A stretch of DNA of 64,000 nt, taken from positions 30,494,213 to 30,558,212 of the forward strand of contig OZ234493.1 in NCBI GenBank assembly GCA_965153455.1. The letters are read 5' to 3'. The stretch is from Sphagnum compactum (lineage: Eukaryota). The notes beneath the pieces are model-generated. The model searched no databases. It was not told the DNA's origin and was given only the letters and a program-made list of their open reading frames with translations. Position numbers and translations under genes: made by a program. Below, piece after piece: positions 1 to 14,300 of the stretch. Position 1 is the stretch's first letter. Each line of letters begins with the position of its first letter.

Positions 1-2776
1 TGTATTGTTGTTATTATATGTAAAATTCTAAAATACAACTAATGTACCCATTATATAAGAATTAATTTTACATATTGATAACAAGTTAGTACATTGTAAA
101 TTCATTCCTTTAAAATGTATACAAATATAGGGATAATGGATTTGTTACCCTTTTTTGTTTTTGATTTGTGACTGATTTTTTAATATAAAAAATATTTCAT
201 GTTTGAGATAAGCAAAACAAAAACTCAATTAATTAATTTTAAATACATAAAATTTAATTCTAATTCTAATTTGTGCCTTTTTTAAATTTCTAGATGTGCA
301 TCTTTGTGAATTCTAGTATTCAATATTTAATCATTTATGGTTAATAACTAACTTGCAAAAATTAGATCATGCTAAGTTGTTTGCACATTTTGCACATTCT
401 ACACTGTAAGTTAGTTACAATAATGGGTATGTTACCATATCTTTTATCGATGTTTGGCATTTCTTTGTCAAATTTTTATTTTAAAAATGAAGTTAGGTAG
501 TTTCAAATTTAAATTTTCAGAATTTTTATAAATAGTTGAGGAAGAAGTTTGCAAAGTACACCTTTTGCTTTGTATTTGCAATAGTAATAAAATGGTTGGG
601 ACAATAAATAGTTTTTCACAAGTTGGGAGTTCAATTCTCAACAATTTTGACAAATATCAATAAAAATTCCCCTTTTTTTCAACTAGACCTTTTGCAAATT
701 GTTTTGTGCTAAATATTAATCTTAGGTATGGTATTGTTTATCTTGTTTTGTAAATGTAATTGTCAATGAGGTGTTATATAACGTGATGTACAATGGTCAA
801 CTTTTGAGACAATCAATAAGAGAAAAAGGGCCTTTTCTTACCAACCAATTTTTTATTGCATGTTGTTTTCAACTTTGTTTCAATTACATAATTATATTTA
901 TTTTGAAAATTTCCATACAGATGTCTCAGTACTTTAAATAAATCAAATTGTTGACTGATTTAGTAAGTGTATGACATTGACCACCAATGGGAGTTTACAT
1001 TCAAAATATTTTATGAAATAGAAAAAAAAAACTCAATTGAACTTTAATAAAAAAAATTCTTGTTGTAATGATGAACCATGCCCCATCATGTTAATTACTT
1101 GAATTAATTCGATGGACCTTGTTTATGAATGAATGAAAAACAAAAAATTAATGGATGAAATATTACATATGTTTTCCACTTTATTTCAACTTTAATGTGA
1201 TTTTTTTTTGCAACTATATTAAGACCGTGTTATGTTTGATTTGTGATTAATTTCCAATTTTATAAGCAGTTTGTGACACCTCTATCAAAGTTTGTAACTT
1301 TCATTACATTGTTTTGTCACTAAAGATCCAAAATGGGCTCCAAATTATGTGACATGGTGTTAAAAGAATAGGACAACATTCACATCTTGGTCTAAGGTCA
1401 TGTGAAAGTTATTACAATGATAAAAAATGTTCAACACAAAGTTCAAATGCCCTTACTTTGCAAAGTATAAGTAAATAAAGTGTAAGGAATAATAGGTGGG
1501 AAGTAGTTAATAGGTTCATAGATAGGTTACATATCTACCTAATATGTAGGTAGGGTGCAAGTAAGGTAAATAATAGGTAACCCTTTTACCTATTGTTACA
1601 TATGACCTACCCATATACCTAGGAGGTGGCTTGAGAGATGGATGGATGCATATGAATGAATGAATGGTATAATATAGATGAATGAATGAATAAGTGATGT
1701 GGCATATAACATGAAGGAATGGATAATGTGACATATAATATGGATGAATGGATGATATGTCATATCATAGTAGTGACAATGCATTGGTTGGAAATTCAAA
1801 TTTTGAATTGCATTCATTGAAATTGAAAACTAATTGGAACAATGTCAACTTGTATAGTTGAAAATGAATCAACATCCCAATTATAACCATGCGCAATAGG
1901 ACTTCACATTATATTACGCTCCCATTCAAACTTTGAGTTTCCCTTTTGCTCTAGTTTGATTTTCTTTATTTTCAACTATTTTTCAAGCTCAACTTATGTT
2001 TAAATTTAAACCCAGGGATGGCTTGGGCACGAGCCTAGAACATGATGGCCTATATAATTCACTTACATTTGATAAATGTTCATTTGACATGGATGAATGT
2101 CATTCATCAATCTAGACAAAACAAACGGATGTATAAAAAAGTTTGGATGAAATATATTTAAATATTTCCATAATAATTTTGTAGATGGGCACAAATGCAA
2201 CAGATGAATGGAAACTTGGTTAAAAGATGGATGGATCATGATAAATGAAAGATGTACAAATGATTGACAAATAACAGGTGAATGATGAATATACACAATG
2301 AACATTCTTTGTTAGAAAATAGTTGTGGGAAGTTATGATATCCAATGATAAATTATGGCAAATTGAAGAGATGAAATTTCATTGAATGTTTGAGAATGTT
2401 GGCTAATGACATAGCCAAATTCGATGGCATACACATAAATGCATTTGACTCATCTTTGCTCCCAAAGCTTGACTTCATATTCTTGTTCATTAGACCCTTA
2501 ATTATTTGTGTAAGGTTTGTCTAAAATCATTATCCAATTCGACAACATTCTCATAACTTTGTTATTATCATCTATAGATTTGCCTTTCAAAATAATTTTA
2601 GCTCTTTTTGAAAAATTGTTAATTTTTTCTATTGGGTTCTAAAATGTAACAACAAATGTGAAGGATGCTTAAAACTATTTTACTCTCATATCATGTTTAA
2701 AGCCAAATTTGGGTTAATGGATTTACGGATGATCACAAATTTAGTTACATCATAAAAATGAAAAGAAAAGAAAAAA

Positions 2777-3778
2777 TGTCAGGAAGAGGACTTGTGACCA
2801 AACAGTGGGTCACTACACCAGTGTGAACACAATGAGTTTAGAGGCTTGATTTGTGTTTTATTAGCCGCCATGATGTTGGCGGCGGAAATCTCTTCAGTAC
2901 TCTTGCATGGGAGTGCATGGGGAGGTCTCTCTGGGTGTGAGTGATTGGAAGGACAGGAACAAGGCGGCTGGAAATAATGGAGAGGAGTGGAGCTGCATCA
3001 ATGAGCGAAAATGGAGGGACTGACGGCGGCGGATGAGGCGGTTAGGGAAAAAGCGGGAAAGGAGGACGGTGAGAGGAAGAGTAAAGCTGATCTGATGGAG
3101 AGAGGATAGACAGGAAGCGTTAGAGTTTTTGGAAGGTGGGGTGGTGGATTTGTGGTTGCGTTAGTAACCAGAGCACGGCCAGTTACATGATCTGGTGGAG
3201 ATAGCACCGATCAGGGGTCGAAGCTGTTGAAAGGAAAGTTGGAGATGGCGGTCTGAGCTATGGAAGTGTGCCCTATAGAAGAAGTAGCAGAGAAGAAAAG
3301 AGGAGGAGATGAAGAGTTTTATTTTGGTTTTGGTTTAGAGCAGTGCCGAGTGTGGCTCATCTATTCGAAATGCACAGATAAATAGATTTTGGATGATTGT
3401 TTTGGAGAACACTTGGCTAAACTGCTGATCCTTTCCACTGCACTCAGCAACTTGGCTGAGTAGTTGTTTGTTTTCTGATGAACACTGGAATGAGGAAACT
3501 TGTACTCGTTGTTTAGTCTGTAAATGAAGCTGTGAAGTTATGGTTTATGTGATCACATCTGTCGATTTCGTGTGAGTACCGGTGGTGTCTATGTGAAGAT
3601 CAGCGAGTGAGTGTGAGAACATTTTGAGTCGAAGAGTGAGAGGAAATCAAGCGTATGTGGTTAGATTTAGGATCCCAAATAACTCAACCCTGAGTAGATC
3701 CATCAGGTGCTTCAGGTTGGTTGTAGAGTCCAGCACTCTTTTTTTTTGGTTACAGACTCTCCTCCCCTTGCCTTGACA
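2777..3778. mobile_element. Putative LTR-like insertion (~1 kb, GC-richer island)
   Basis: Abrupt compositional island bounded by TGTCA(GG)...(CCT)TGACA and preceded by a purine run (AAAAGAAAAGAAAAAA). No matching TSD. Confidence 0.35.
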
Positions 3779-6129
3779 ATTGAAAGAAGAAGAATACCTT
3801 TGTCCTCCTTCTACAAAAGCCAAAGATGAAGAACAAATGAAACCAAAAAAAAAGGGACTTCCCACTTCTCCCCAAAACAAAAAAGAAGAAGGATTGTCAT
3901 TGACAACATTCCCTCACTCCCCTCACTCCATTGGGACTTTGATGAACAAACACCTTCGCTACTAGGTACCATAATAAAAAAATCCCAACTTTTTGGGACA
4001 TGTTTTAAACATTCTAAATGGGTCTTCAACTTCAAATTTAACACTCATGAAGGAAATATAGCCATAGGATGATTTACTCCACATGTTAAAGGTAACAATG
4101 TAGGTGTTGGTTCAACGCCTCCTCCCCTTATTCCATACTTTCAAAATGGTTTTTAAAATGTGTTCAAGTTTGGTTTTCTAGTTGTCAAATTTTGAAAATA
4201 ATTTGAATTATTTTGAAAGTTTGCCACTTTTAATATTTGATTTCTCCACGAAATAAATTTTGCAATGTAAATAATTGTTTGATGGAACAACTTGATTTTG
4301 TCTCGTGTGTTAATTTATGACATATCATGGATAGTTGAAGATCATTGTTTTAAAGGATGAAGGTTTCCAAATTCATCTAGATTTATATTTAAAGGAATAG
4401 CTCTTTATAAATGTGAAATTTTGTTCTAAAACCTAGTTTTGAATTCATGAAAAATTGTGAGGGTTTATTTTTATTTTTCAATTTTGTGATATTGATCAAC
4501 TGGAAATTGTCCACAAGTATATTTAGCCAAATATGGAAATATTCAAAATATTAATTAAAAATCATAATCATCCTTCCATACTATAGGCAATTGTGGCAAT
4601 TTTTGGAAATTATTCTGGATTTTTTTTGTTTTTTGAAAAAAAATCAAAAAGAAAGGAATTTGTGATAGAATATTATTTTTTCAATCACAAAATGAAGAAA
4701 ATTCACCATTAAAACCATTGGGTGATACTAATGTATTTTTAAAATAATTAATTTATTGGCTTTCATACATGTGAAAAAATAAATTATAAGTTCTACATTA
4801 ATGATCCATAAAAAGGGTATCATTTTGTGTTTTGAACACAATCTTAGATTGTAGTAATTCATTCTAGACACCATTTGTTATTTCATTTTTGAAGATATAA
4901 GTCTTCAGATACATAATGTTGATAATTGCTACAATGGATTTTATATTGTATCATTCAAGAAATATAAAATCATGTATATTTATAGTATGTTTAATTGTGT
5001 ATTACAATATTCACAAATAAATTCTTTTTTCATCCATAAACATGATGGATATATTAATACATTCACCATGATTTTGATGAATGCACATATTCATCCCTAT
5101 ACTTGCCTTTTGGTTTACCCCTATAATTATTGATTTTTAGTCCTAATTTATAGATCTTACTTGCATGGTTATAGAAGAAATATTACATCCAATTATGCAA
5201 GCTCCAAGTTTTAACTCTAGGCACGATGCTAAAGCTCCAAGCTCATTTAACAACTTGCTTCTTATCTTTCATTTCCTTTTTCCACCATGTTTTCCACCAC
5301 GTTGTTTTTAGTATTTATTTCTTTCAATTAATTTTTTCTTTGAACTTTCATTAGTTTAATTTCTTTTTGCCATTTCAAAAGAAAGAATTTGAGTAATTAT
5401 GGAGCATTTCAACCATCAATGCATGTTAATAACATTCAAAAAATAAGTAAGAATTTCTGGTTATTCTTCAATCTTTTCACAATGTTTCTTTTCTTTCCTT
5501 TTTCTTTTTTCAAGTAGTTAATGTGATGTTGGAACCATTACATTAGAATTTGAACACTACAAAATATTATTTTTAAATGCATGGAATGAGAAATTATATT
5601 TTATTTGAGCTTGAGTTTTTGGTTTTAATAAAGTTTTGACTAGATTTTAACTATATTTTGATTGGCTTCATCTAAAATTTTATTGGGTTTCAATTATGTG
5701 TCAACTATATGTAAGGTAAACTAAGACATGTGCCATTTTTGTTTGTTAATTATTTTAAAACTATGCAAGGAAACATTTGGGATGTAAATGGTAGCAATGT
5801 TTCATTACATAGTTTTCAAATTGGGCAATTGAAGGTTGTCTTTAGTGCATTGTGAGGTTTTTGAAATATGTGTGAACCTATAATTACCATTCATCACATG
5901 GACATTATAGGATTTGCATTCTTAGTTGACAATGTATATGCATACTATGCTTCTATTGTGGTTTGATTTTCTTTAGTTTAATTTCAATTGGGTACATTAT
6001 CCCACACTTTAATTTTGCAGTTTTATAATTATGATTGTAATCCACTAAAATTTGATTATAATCCAATTTTTTGTTAAATAAATTTTTAAGTATAAACTGT
6101 TTTTGGTCAAGTAAATTGTAGCTAATTAC

Positions 6130-7250
6130 GAATGACACAATCGGCATATCCCTAAACATTATATGGCAACAATCTATGACATGGTCTTGAATATGTTGTA
6201 CACATGGCATTCATAATATTAGTCCACCCAAAGTTTTCAACATATATATTTTAAAAATTCCCTACCATACACATAACACACATTGATTATTTCATTTTTA
6301 TGGAGTCCCACCAATGCCCATGTGACTTGTGTCAATGCAATAATGTTTAGTTACATGGTCCAACCTAGTTTAGTCCATGGCACCCAATGAAGGTAGATGA
6401 AGTTCATCCATAAGTTGAAAATGTTTCATCAACCCAAATGGTGCATCACTTTCAACTAAAATATTTACACCTCACCATTGGCCTAGAAAGTGATGCATGT
6501 TTGTCATTTTTTTACTACATGTTAAAGTTGACTCAACACTGTTGATTCTTTCAGTAAACAATTGAAAAAAATAGTTTTGAGTTGAAAAACACATTTGTAG
6601 TTGAAATTGTCGTGCTCACCTAAAATAATAGTTGCAAAGTAGTTGAAAGCATAATAATAAAAAAAGGGGTTTTCTCCTAGTGGATATCAATTTATATAAT
6701 TTAATTGCTAATGAGGAAATAATGATAGGAAAAGGCATTGGATGAAAAAAATTACTTACATCCCCAAGCCTAACTCAATTTTCAACTAGGAAGTGGTATG
6801 TCACCATAGATGGTTATACACCAACCCTATGCATCATTACCTTCATCTAAAATGTATTTATTGCACAAGAATTATTCATTTCATAGATGTGCAAACAATT
6901 TCCTCTCCCTCTATCCATCCATTCCAAATCAATGTCCATAAGGGGGTGATGCTAATAAATTATTTGAAAGGCCCAAACCAATCACCTTTATTAAGGTCCA
7001 CTTATAGGGTGTGCCTTTGTGAAGGCCATAACCAATTTCGTATTGCATTTTGTCTTTCTACTAATTGACCCTCTTAGTTTTCTTCATTCTTTATTGTTAC
7101 AACCAAGATGGGTACATGACCTATGCCCACAAGAATACAATAGCAAAGGTTTATGAATAATACATGGGTTTGCTTCTACATCAAGAGGTCAGTGAGTTGG
7201 TTGAGATGATAAAAGGTTTACAACATTCTTTAAAACTCCTTGGCCCATTC
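6130..7250 (-). pseudogene. Possible eroded Mutator-like (MULE/FAR1-type) transposase
   Basis: Minus-strand frames with scattered stops give YSCGHRSCTH...RKLRGSISRKTKCNTKLV...VWAFQIIY*HHPL (FAR1-like DNA-binding pattern), then VESDAPFG (cf. DATFG) and NVLCVW* (cf. LCxWH). The sequence is highly degraded and the family call is by eye. Confidence 0.4.
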
Positions 7251-10200
7251 CATATATGGAACAATTATTAGGTTTGTGGAATTAGGGCTTAGTTCATATA
7301 TTGCCTGCATGCAAGCAAAATTTTCAAACACTGAAATCACATATATTAAACATGTTAACATATTTGGTTAAGATTCCAAAAATATGTGTTGACTTGAATG
7401 ACAAAAATAACTTTTTATGCCCACCTTATCTACAAAAAAATCTACATAACAAAATAACATTCAAATGAGGGTCTAAACCTAAATTTTACAACCCCAAATT
7501 TTAGGAACATAACTTGTATTCACCAAATTAGTTAATATTAAACTTCCATCCTTAGGATTTAACAAGGTTGTATAGGACAGATGTTGTTTACACTTTGATC
7601 ACATGTATGGATGTATGACTAATTTTCATGAAGCCATAAAATACATGAAGTGATCAACTATTGATGATAAATGAATATGCTCATTATATTTTTCTAGGAA
7701 TTAGAATGACATTATTTGAATAGGAAAAATCTTGGGGTTTCGCATGGGTACTTTGCGGATGTATTTAATGTTAACTTAGGGGTAACAACAAAAGAGAAAA
7801 AGTATTCATGAAGCACTAGTAAGGGACATATTGCCCTAATTCCATACAAAATATTTTCATTATTATCAAGTTGATGACCATACTATTGGACCCTATATTT
7901 GTTTCACCTATACTAGCTTTGAATATCATTGTCATTGGATTTCTTATTTTATATTGTAGGTGTGTATTGTTGTTGGATATCTAGATTGACGATATTGTAA
8001 AATATCATGCATACATAATCATTTTGCACTTAAAGTGTGAAGTAATCCCCATTTTAATTGGTATATCTTACATTTGACAGTCGTGTCCAACATGTGTGAA
8101 TTATCTTTCATTTTGATGTCTCAAATGTGTATTGATTACAGAGTGTGACACATGAGACAATTATTCCAAACTATGTGAATTTTTCACATTTGTTAATTTT
8201 ACATTTTGATTTTTACAAAGTGGTTATGTGTTAAGTATAATATGTGGAGCATGTGGATTGTAAGGTTGCAAGATGCAATAACTAGTAATGCAAGTAACTA
8301 GACTAGATTATGTGGATAGGTATGATTCAAACCAAGTCATGTTCATTTGTAATACATGTTTTAGAAGTTGGCATATGGATCATTTTACACTACTCGTCAA
8401 GGAGGTATTAGCACAAAATAATATGCCCACATGATAACTTATATACAAACATTTTTATGTCTTACATGAATCATATTTTCTCTTTCCTTTTCCTTTTTGT
8501 GATATCAAAATTTGGCAACTTTGTTTCAAAAAATAGAGAAATTAATCAAATTTACAATATGAAACAAAAATTTCTCATTTTTTTGTCAAAAAATGATAGA
8601 AAATTGTTAGGAAAAAATCAATCGAACTTACATGTTAAACATCATTGTTGAGATACAAATAAATTGGTGTGGATTTATTTTTATGTGTAGAAGGTTGATG
8701 TTTGGTTAAACATTGATCATTATAAACACACACATTCACTCAAGAATCTTGCTTCTCATGTTACCCAAATCTAGAAGATTAAAAGCCATTATAGTCATGA
8801 CCCAAAACAAAATCACATTTAAATTGCTTATGAAATTGCAACACAAAAATGGTCGTAATCATAAAATTGCAATCCTAACCATGATGTGATGTTTCACATT
8901 GTTATTTAAAAAAAACCATATATCCAACTTGAATTGTATGAGGTAATTTTGTTACAAAAAAATTAAGGATATATTCCAATTATTTTTAAATTGAAAGCTT
9001 TAGCAAAATGTGGCTTGAATAAAATTATAAAATTATAATTTAAGTTCCACACGAAGTGTATCAAACCTAATACTATATTTTGAAACACAACTCTATGAGA
9101 ATGAATTTCACTATGTGATGCAAGTCATATTTACATGTACAAAAAATATATTTATAATGTTATTACCCCTCATTCAATGATTTTCTTTTATGAAAGTACA
9201 ATAAAACTTCCTTCAAATAATAATGAAGGTCACCTTTACATGTACAAATATAAAAAAGTGCCTATATTGTTGATACAAACTTGTCATTGGATAGGTTTGT
9301 TTTGTGAGGTTATGAGTTACACCCAAATTTCTTTCGCCACCAAACCTATGTTTTTTGGAAATTCATGTATTAATTAATGACATTCCATCCTTCACAAAAA
9401 GGCACATTATTTTTATAATAAATAATAATAATAATAATTTGGGATAAGGGGCAAAAAATCAAGTTATGTCCAATGATTTTTTTGGTGAAGATCGCCAAAA
9501 TGTGACACAATTTCTAAAAAGGAATATTCTATCACAATTTCCCCTTTTTTATTGCCAAATTACAATAGAAAATTGGTTTTTTGGGGAGGGTGTTACGACA
9601 TTCATATCCACATACACACATTTATGAATTCTCTAGAAAATAGTCATTAATTAATTCAAAATGAAATTAAACTTAGGAATGCTGGCCACTTTGGCTCCCT
9701 TAGGGAATTGAAAAAAGAACATTGATTAGGTGTTAATGAATTATGATTTTACAAGTGATATAGTGTAAATGTAAGGTGATGATTGGGTAGATTTGGGTAG
9801 TTTAAAAAATCTTACAATTATTTGCAATTCACAAGATTACAATGTGTTACTTAATATGTTTATGATAAGTATCAACATCATTTTTCAACCATACTATGGT
9901 TCATCCTTAAATTCAAATCATGCTTGTAAGGTTTAATTTGGTTAAAGATAACATTTCAATGTCATCATCTTTAATCCAAATCAATTCCAATTCAACTTTC
10001 AAATCAAAATCAATAATTTTAAACTTGGTTTTTCTTTTGAAAAAGGAAGTACTTGGTTTTTAGGTCACATAAAGTGTCTAAGGTTGTGGATGGTTCCCTT
10101 CCACAATTGTTAAGGTTACAATCAAACCCAAAGAGGGAATTGATTAGTGAATTACCAAAAGTAACTTGATTGGGCAAAATTTGGCATAAGGTTTGGATCA

Positions 10201-11236
10201 AACACCATTAACATAAAGGCTTTTAATGTGAATGTAAGGTTGGTGCAAGGTGGTGTTAAAAACTTGGGGAGTTGAGTAATAAACACCACTTTCTTTACAA
10301 ACATTTTTGAATATATCAATGATCATTGTGTTTCAAAAATCAAGTTAAGTTGAAAAATGGATTTGTATGAAATTTGCTTTTGACCTTAGTTTATACCTTG
10401 TTGCAAAATCTTTGATAAATCAATTGTTTGACCTTACTTTTCTTTGTGTGGATCAATAGTGTCATCAAATAGTTAAATCTTTAAAAAGTTAAATGTAATA
10501 AAAAGATTTTGTCTATACATTAAGATAATAATTATTTGTTTGTTTAATTTGGATGTGACCATGTTGTAACACTCCTAGACAATTAAGCCTCTCACTATAC
10601 ATTTGGTACCATTGGAAATCATTTAATGAAATTGTGTGCAGACTTGGGTCACTTTGTAGTTTTAGACCAATGGAGCAACAATTATTGAATTATAGTGAAT
10701 TTTTTTCTTGAAAATTAATTCAACATTTTAAATTAATTTTTCACAATTGCATTTTTTGAAAAGTTGTATCTCTTAAAGCCTTCAATATGTTTTTCTTGGA
10801 ATCTCTTATTATGAATGGTGCCACCTTCTATAGTATGATGAAAAGACATATAAACACAACTATTTTTTCTTTCTTTCATGACATAGTTATGGTGCTTTCA
10901 CACAAATTTTGAATTAAAACCCACTTCAACTAGTCCAATGTTGGCATGGATGACTTTATAGGAAATTTAATATATTTGGGCTAACAACACATGGGCCCAC
11001 TAGTAAAAATGAAGCTTGTTTCATTTTATGAAAGTTTCAATCAACATTTTCATTTTCATTTAAAATTATCCTAAGTTCCTAAGATAATCATGACTCGTGT
11101 TGCAATGTCATAATAAATGATTTTAGCATTAAAAGAAAAATTGTTGTCTTTAAAAAATTGCAAATGCTATTTTTTAGTTGCAAAAATTGATTACAAATGA
11201 CAATTTTTTTTCTAATATAACAAGTCACATTAACAT

Positions 11237-11389
11237 CATGTTGATAGATCACAATCAACCATGAAATCAATGAGTGATGCATTTGATCATGTGGATAGAC
11301 CACAATCAACCATGAAATCGATGAGTGATACATTTGATCATGTTGATAGACCACAATCGACCATGAAATCAATGAGTGATACATTTGAT
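11237..11389. repeat. Tandem repeat, 3 x 51 bp
   Basis: CATGTTGATAGA(T/C)CACAATC(A/G)ACCATGAAATC(A/G)ATGAGTGAT(G/A)CATTTGAT repeated three times head-to-tail with few substitutions. Confidence 0.95.
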
Positions 11390-14300
11390 TGGTAAATTTA
11401 AAACTTCAAGAGGTGCAAAAGTTGCAAACATCACCAACCCAATCCATACCTTGAATACCATCTCATTTTTAGTGTGATTACCACGCAACCTTAAAAGGAA
11501 CCTACCCCAAGCATGAGACCTAAAAATAGTAATGTAAAGCACATATCAACAATTTATTGCCATCATGAAATAGAAAATTTCATGCATGGCCAAATGATTT
11601 GATGTCAAGGTTTTGTAAGTTAGATTAAGCCATTCGTAAAGTGCAAAATACATTAAAGTTCCATTCCTCACAAAAGGTTTGTGAAAGCCGACATATAACC
11701 ATAATCTTTCATCCCAAACATATTTCATTTGTAAAAATAGAATGTACACCAAACAATCGTGCAACTATACACAAAACATGTCCTTCATCTATGTAGACAT
11801 TTGACCATGAAGAGAAAGAAACACATTGTCAAAATCATACTAGTGCACATCCACAACTTATTCATGATCAAGTTGCATTCAATAGGGTGGTTCTCACATT
11901 CTCATAGTTCCCCAACAAGGACACGTTTACGTCATCCCACACCATAACATTAAGGTCATTGGCATTCTAGTACATTGCATTGGCAAAGAATTGGCCCAAT
12001 GAGGCCAAACCCGTATAATGCAAAACTTGCATAAATGCCACACCATTAGCCCAACCTAATCACCATTATTGTTCATTGTTATGTTTTACATCACAACAAA
12101 AAGTAGTCCAATTTTATGATTGTTTCATTTTATATTTTGAATTCATGGTTTTTATTTTTGTGAGGCCTTCACACCTACCTTTCTTCCCCAAGGCACTTAT
12201 TTAGATTTGAAAAGGAATAGGGTATGATTTGTCTTTTTATATTTAGGTTATATATGTTTTAAATTGAAATAAATGGGGAAACATTATGGAATGAATAATG
12301 GCATTATTTGAAGCTAGTTGTGAGCATGAAATAACATTGTCAAAGGCCACTTTTGTGATGTAGAAGCAAGAAAAGTTGGGGAGGAATAAAAGGAAGAAGA
12401 CAAGTAAGGTCATGAAAATTGTTGGTTGAATTTAGGTACTTAGCCCAATGGTTCTAGTTGGGGGCATACTAGCCATAGGACTTGCCCATAGGAAGTTCAC
12501 TTACATTTTTACAAAAATACGTTTGTTCAAAATAAGGTATTTATAGAATTATTTTAGAAGAAAATTTCATTTTAAAATTAGAAAATGGATTTACCTATTA
12601 ATTTTTTACAAAAATATTTATTAGATAAGCAATGCATTTGACAATATAGTTAAATATAGTTTGTTTCATTTATAAATAAGTTAAGTATTTATCAATTGCC
12701 AAAACTACTTTTTTTTAATTAAAAAAAGGATATTTATTAATATCCATTTCATTTAGAATTAGGTAGGAAAATAATACCCTACAAATGCAAGTGGTACATT
12801 GAAAATACAAAGAGTGGACCCCCCCTTTCCCCTCCTCTCACTTGCTTCTAGGGTGGGTATTGAAAACCCCATGCAAGGGTTAGGTTTCAGATGTAGGTAA
12901 ATAGGTAGGGTTTAGGTTTAAATTTAAAACCACAATATTAGTTATGTCAACTCACATATGGCCACTTTGTGCTCCATCCACAACAAATAAGTATTCCGTG
13001 CCTCAAACATCATGGACTTATTCATTCATTCATTCATTCATGTTTTTAAACCTTTTTATGATTTCTACGATTTCTTCTTGTGCAAAGTTGGATATTGGTT
13101 TTGACATCAACTTGTTGATTCAATCAAGATTCATTGTGGCAATAACTAGATACCACAAGTGGGCCAAAAAAATGTTGGTAGGAAGTAGGTAGGCACTCAT
13201 AACTTACTTAATCATCCACAACTTAAATTCGATATTTTATTTTCAAGACAATTTATACTTGTCAAACAAAATATATGTATTATGTCAATTGAAAATTTAT
13301 TATTATTATTTTTTCCTTGTTCAACATTTCAATATTGACATCGTTTGCTTGATGACATTGTTTTGCGTTATTTTTGAAAAAAATCCTTTTGGGGAAAGGA
13401 GGGAAGAGAGAGAGGGTGGGAGAGGGAGGGAGGGAGGGACGGGGTGTGTGTGAAGAGCTTTCATTTTGAAGGTTGCCAAATGCCAATTTTTTTTAAAAAA
13501 TTGGCCCCGCCTTCAACCCAAACTAATGGGCTTCATAAAATTTATAGTTGTCCACTTGGGAATCATTAGTTTAAAAATTTGAACCTAGCCTTAGAGCCAA
13601 TGGGTTTTGGTTTTGAAAATATTTTTAAAACCTAGAACGGATGAGTCATCCATTTTCTAAGGATCATGAGGTTCAACCTTGATGATCCTTTCAAACAAAA
13701 ACCTTGACATCACCATCATTAGGGCAAGAACGAGGAGGTAGGGAGGAAAAAGGAAGGAAAGAAAAGGAAGCATTAGAAGGAAGAAAAAAGGCGGTTGATA
13801 TTATTTAAACAATATTTACAACAGAAGACTTCAAATAAATGTCAAAAACAAGCTACACCAAATGCACAATATTAGATTGTTGATGGATGACATTGATCAT
13901 AAAGATATATAAAATTGTCTACATATGGATGAAAATGAAAAAAACATCAATGAAACCATTTTCTTTTAAGGGAACTTTCAATGCAAATGAAATGAACTAT
14001 GCATGAATAAAATTAAGTTCATGGATAAAGTTTGCTACACATGTGATTTGCCACATGGATGACGAAGTTTGATGATGGATGAATTTTATTCATGGAGCAT
14101 ATTGGCAATGCAAATGGAAATTGGCCATACTAATGAATTAATGAATTGTATGGATGAACTTTGACAACATGGATTAAATTAAACTTCAAAAATGAAATTG
14201 ACCATAAGGTCAATAAATGAAATAACATTTTGGATGAACATGAATATCATCCATATATGGGTCCAAAGTCTTTAAGATGTATCAAAATTTTGTCACATTA

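Noticed and set aside
468-653. hAT C-terminal dimerisation remnant (KRCTLQ)
   Set aside because: The similarity is limited to a few residues and cannot be supported by eye.
11237-11389. CRISPR-like array
   Set aside because: Units are contiguous with no unique spacers, there are no cas genes, and the context is eukaryotic.
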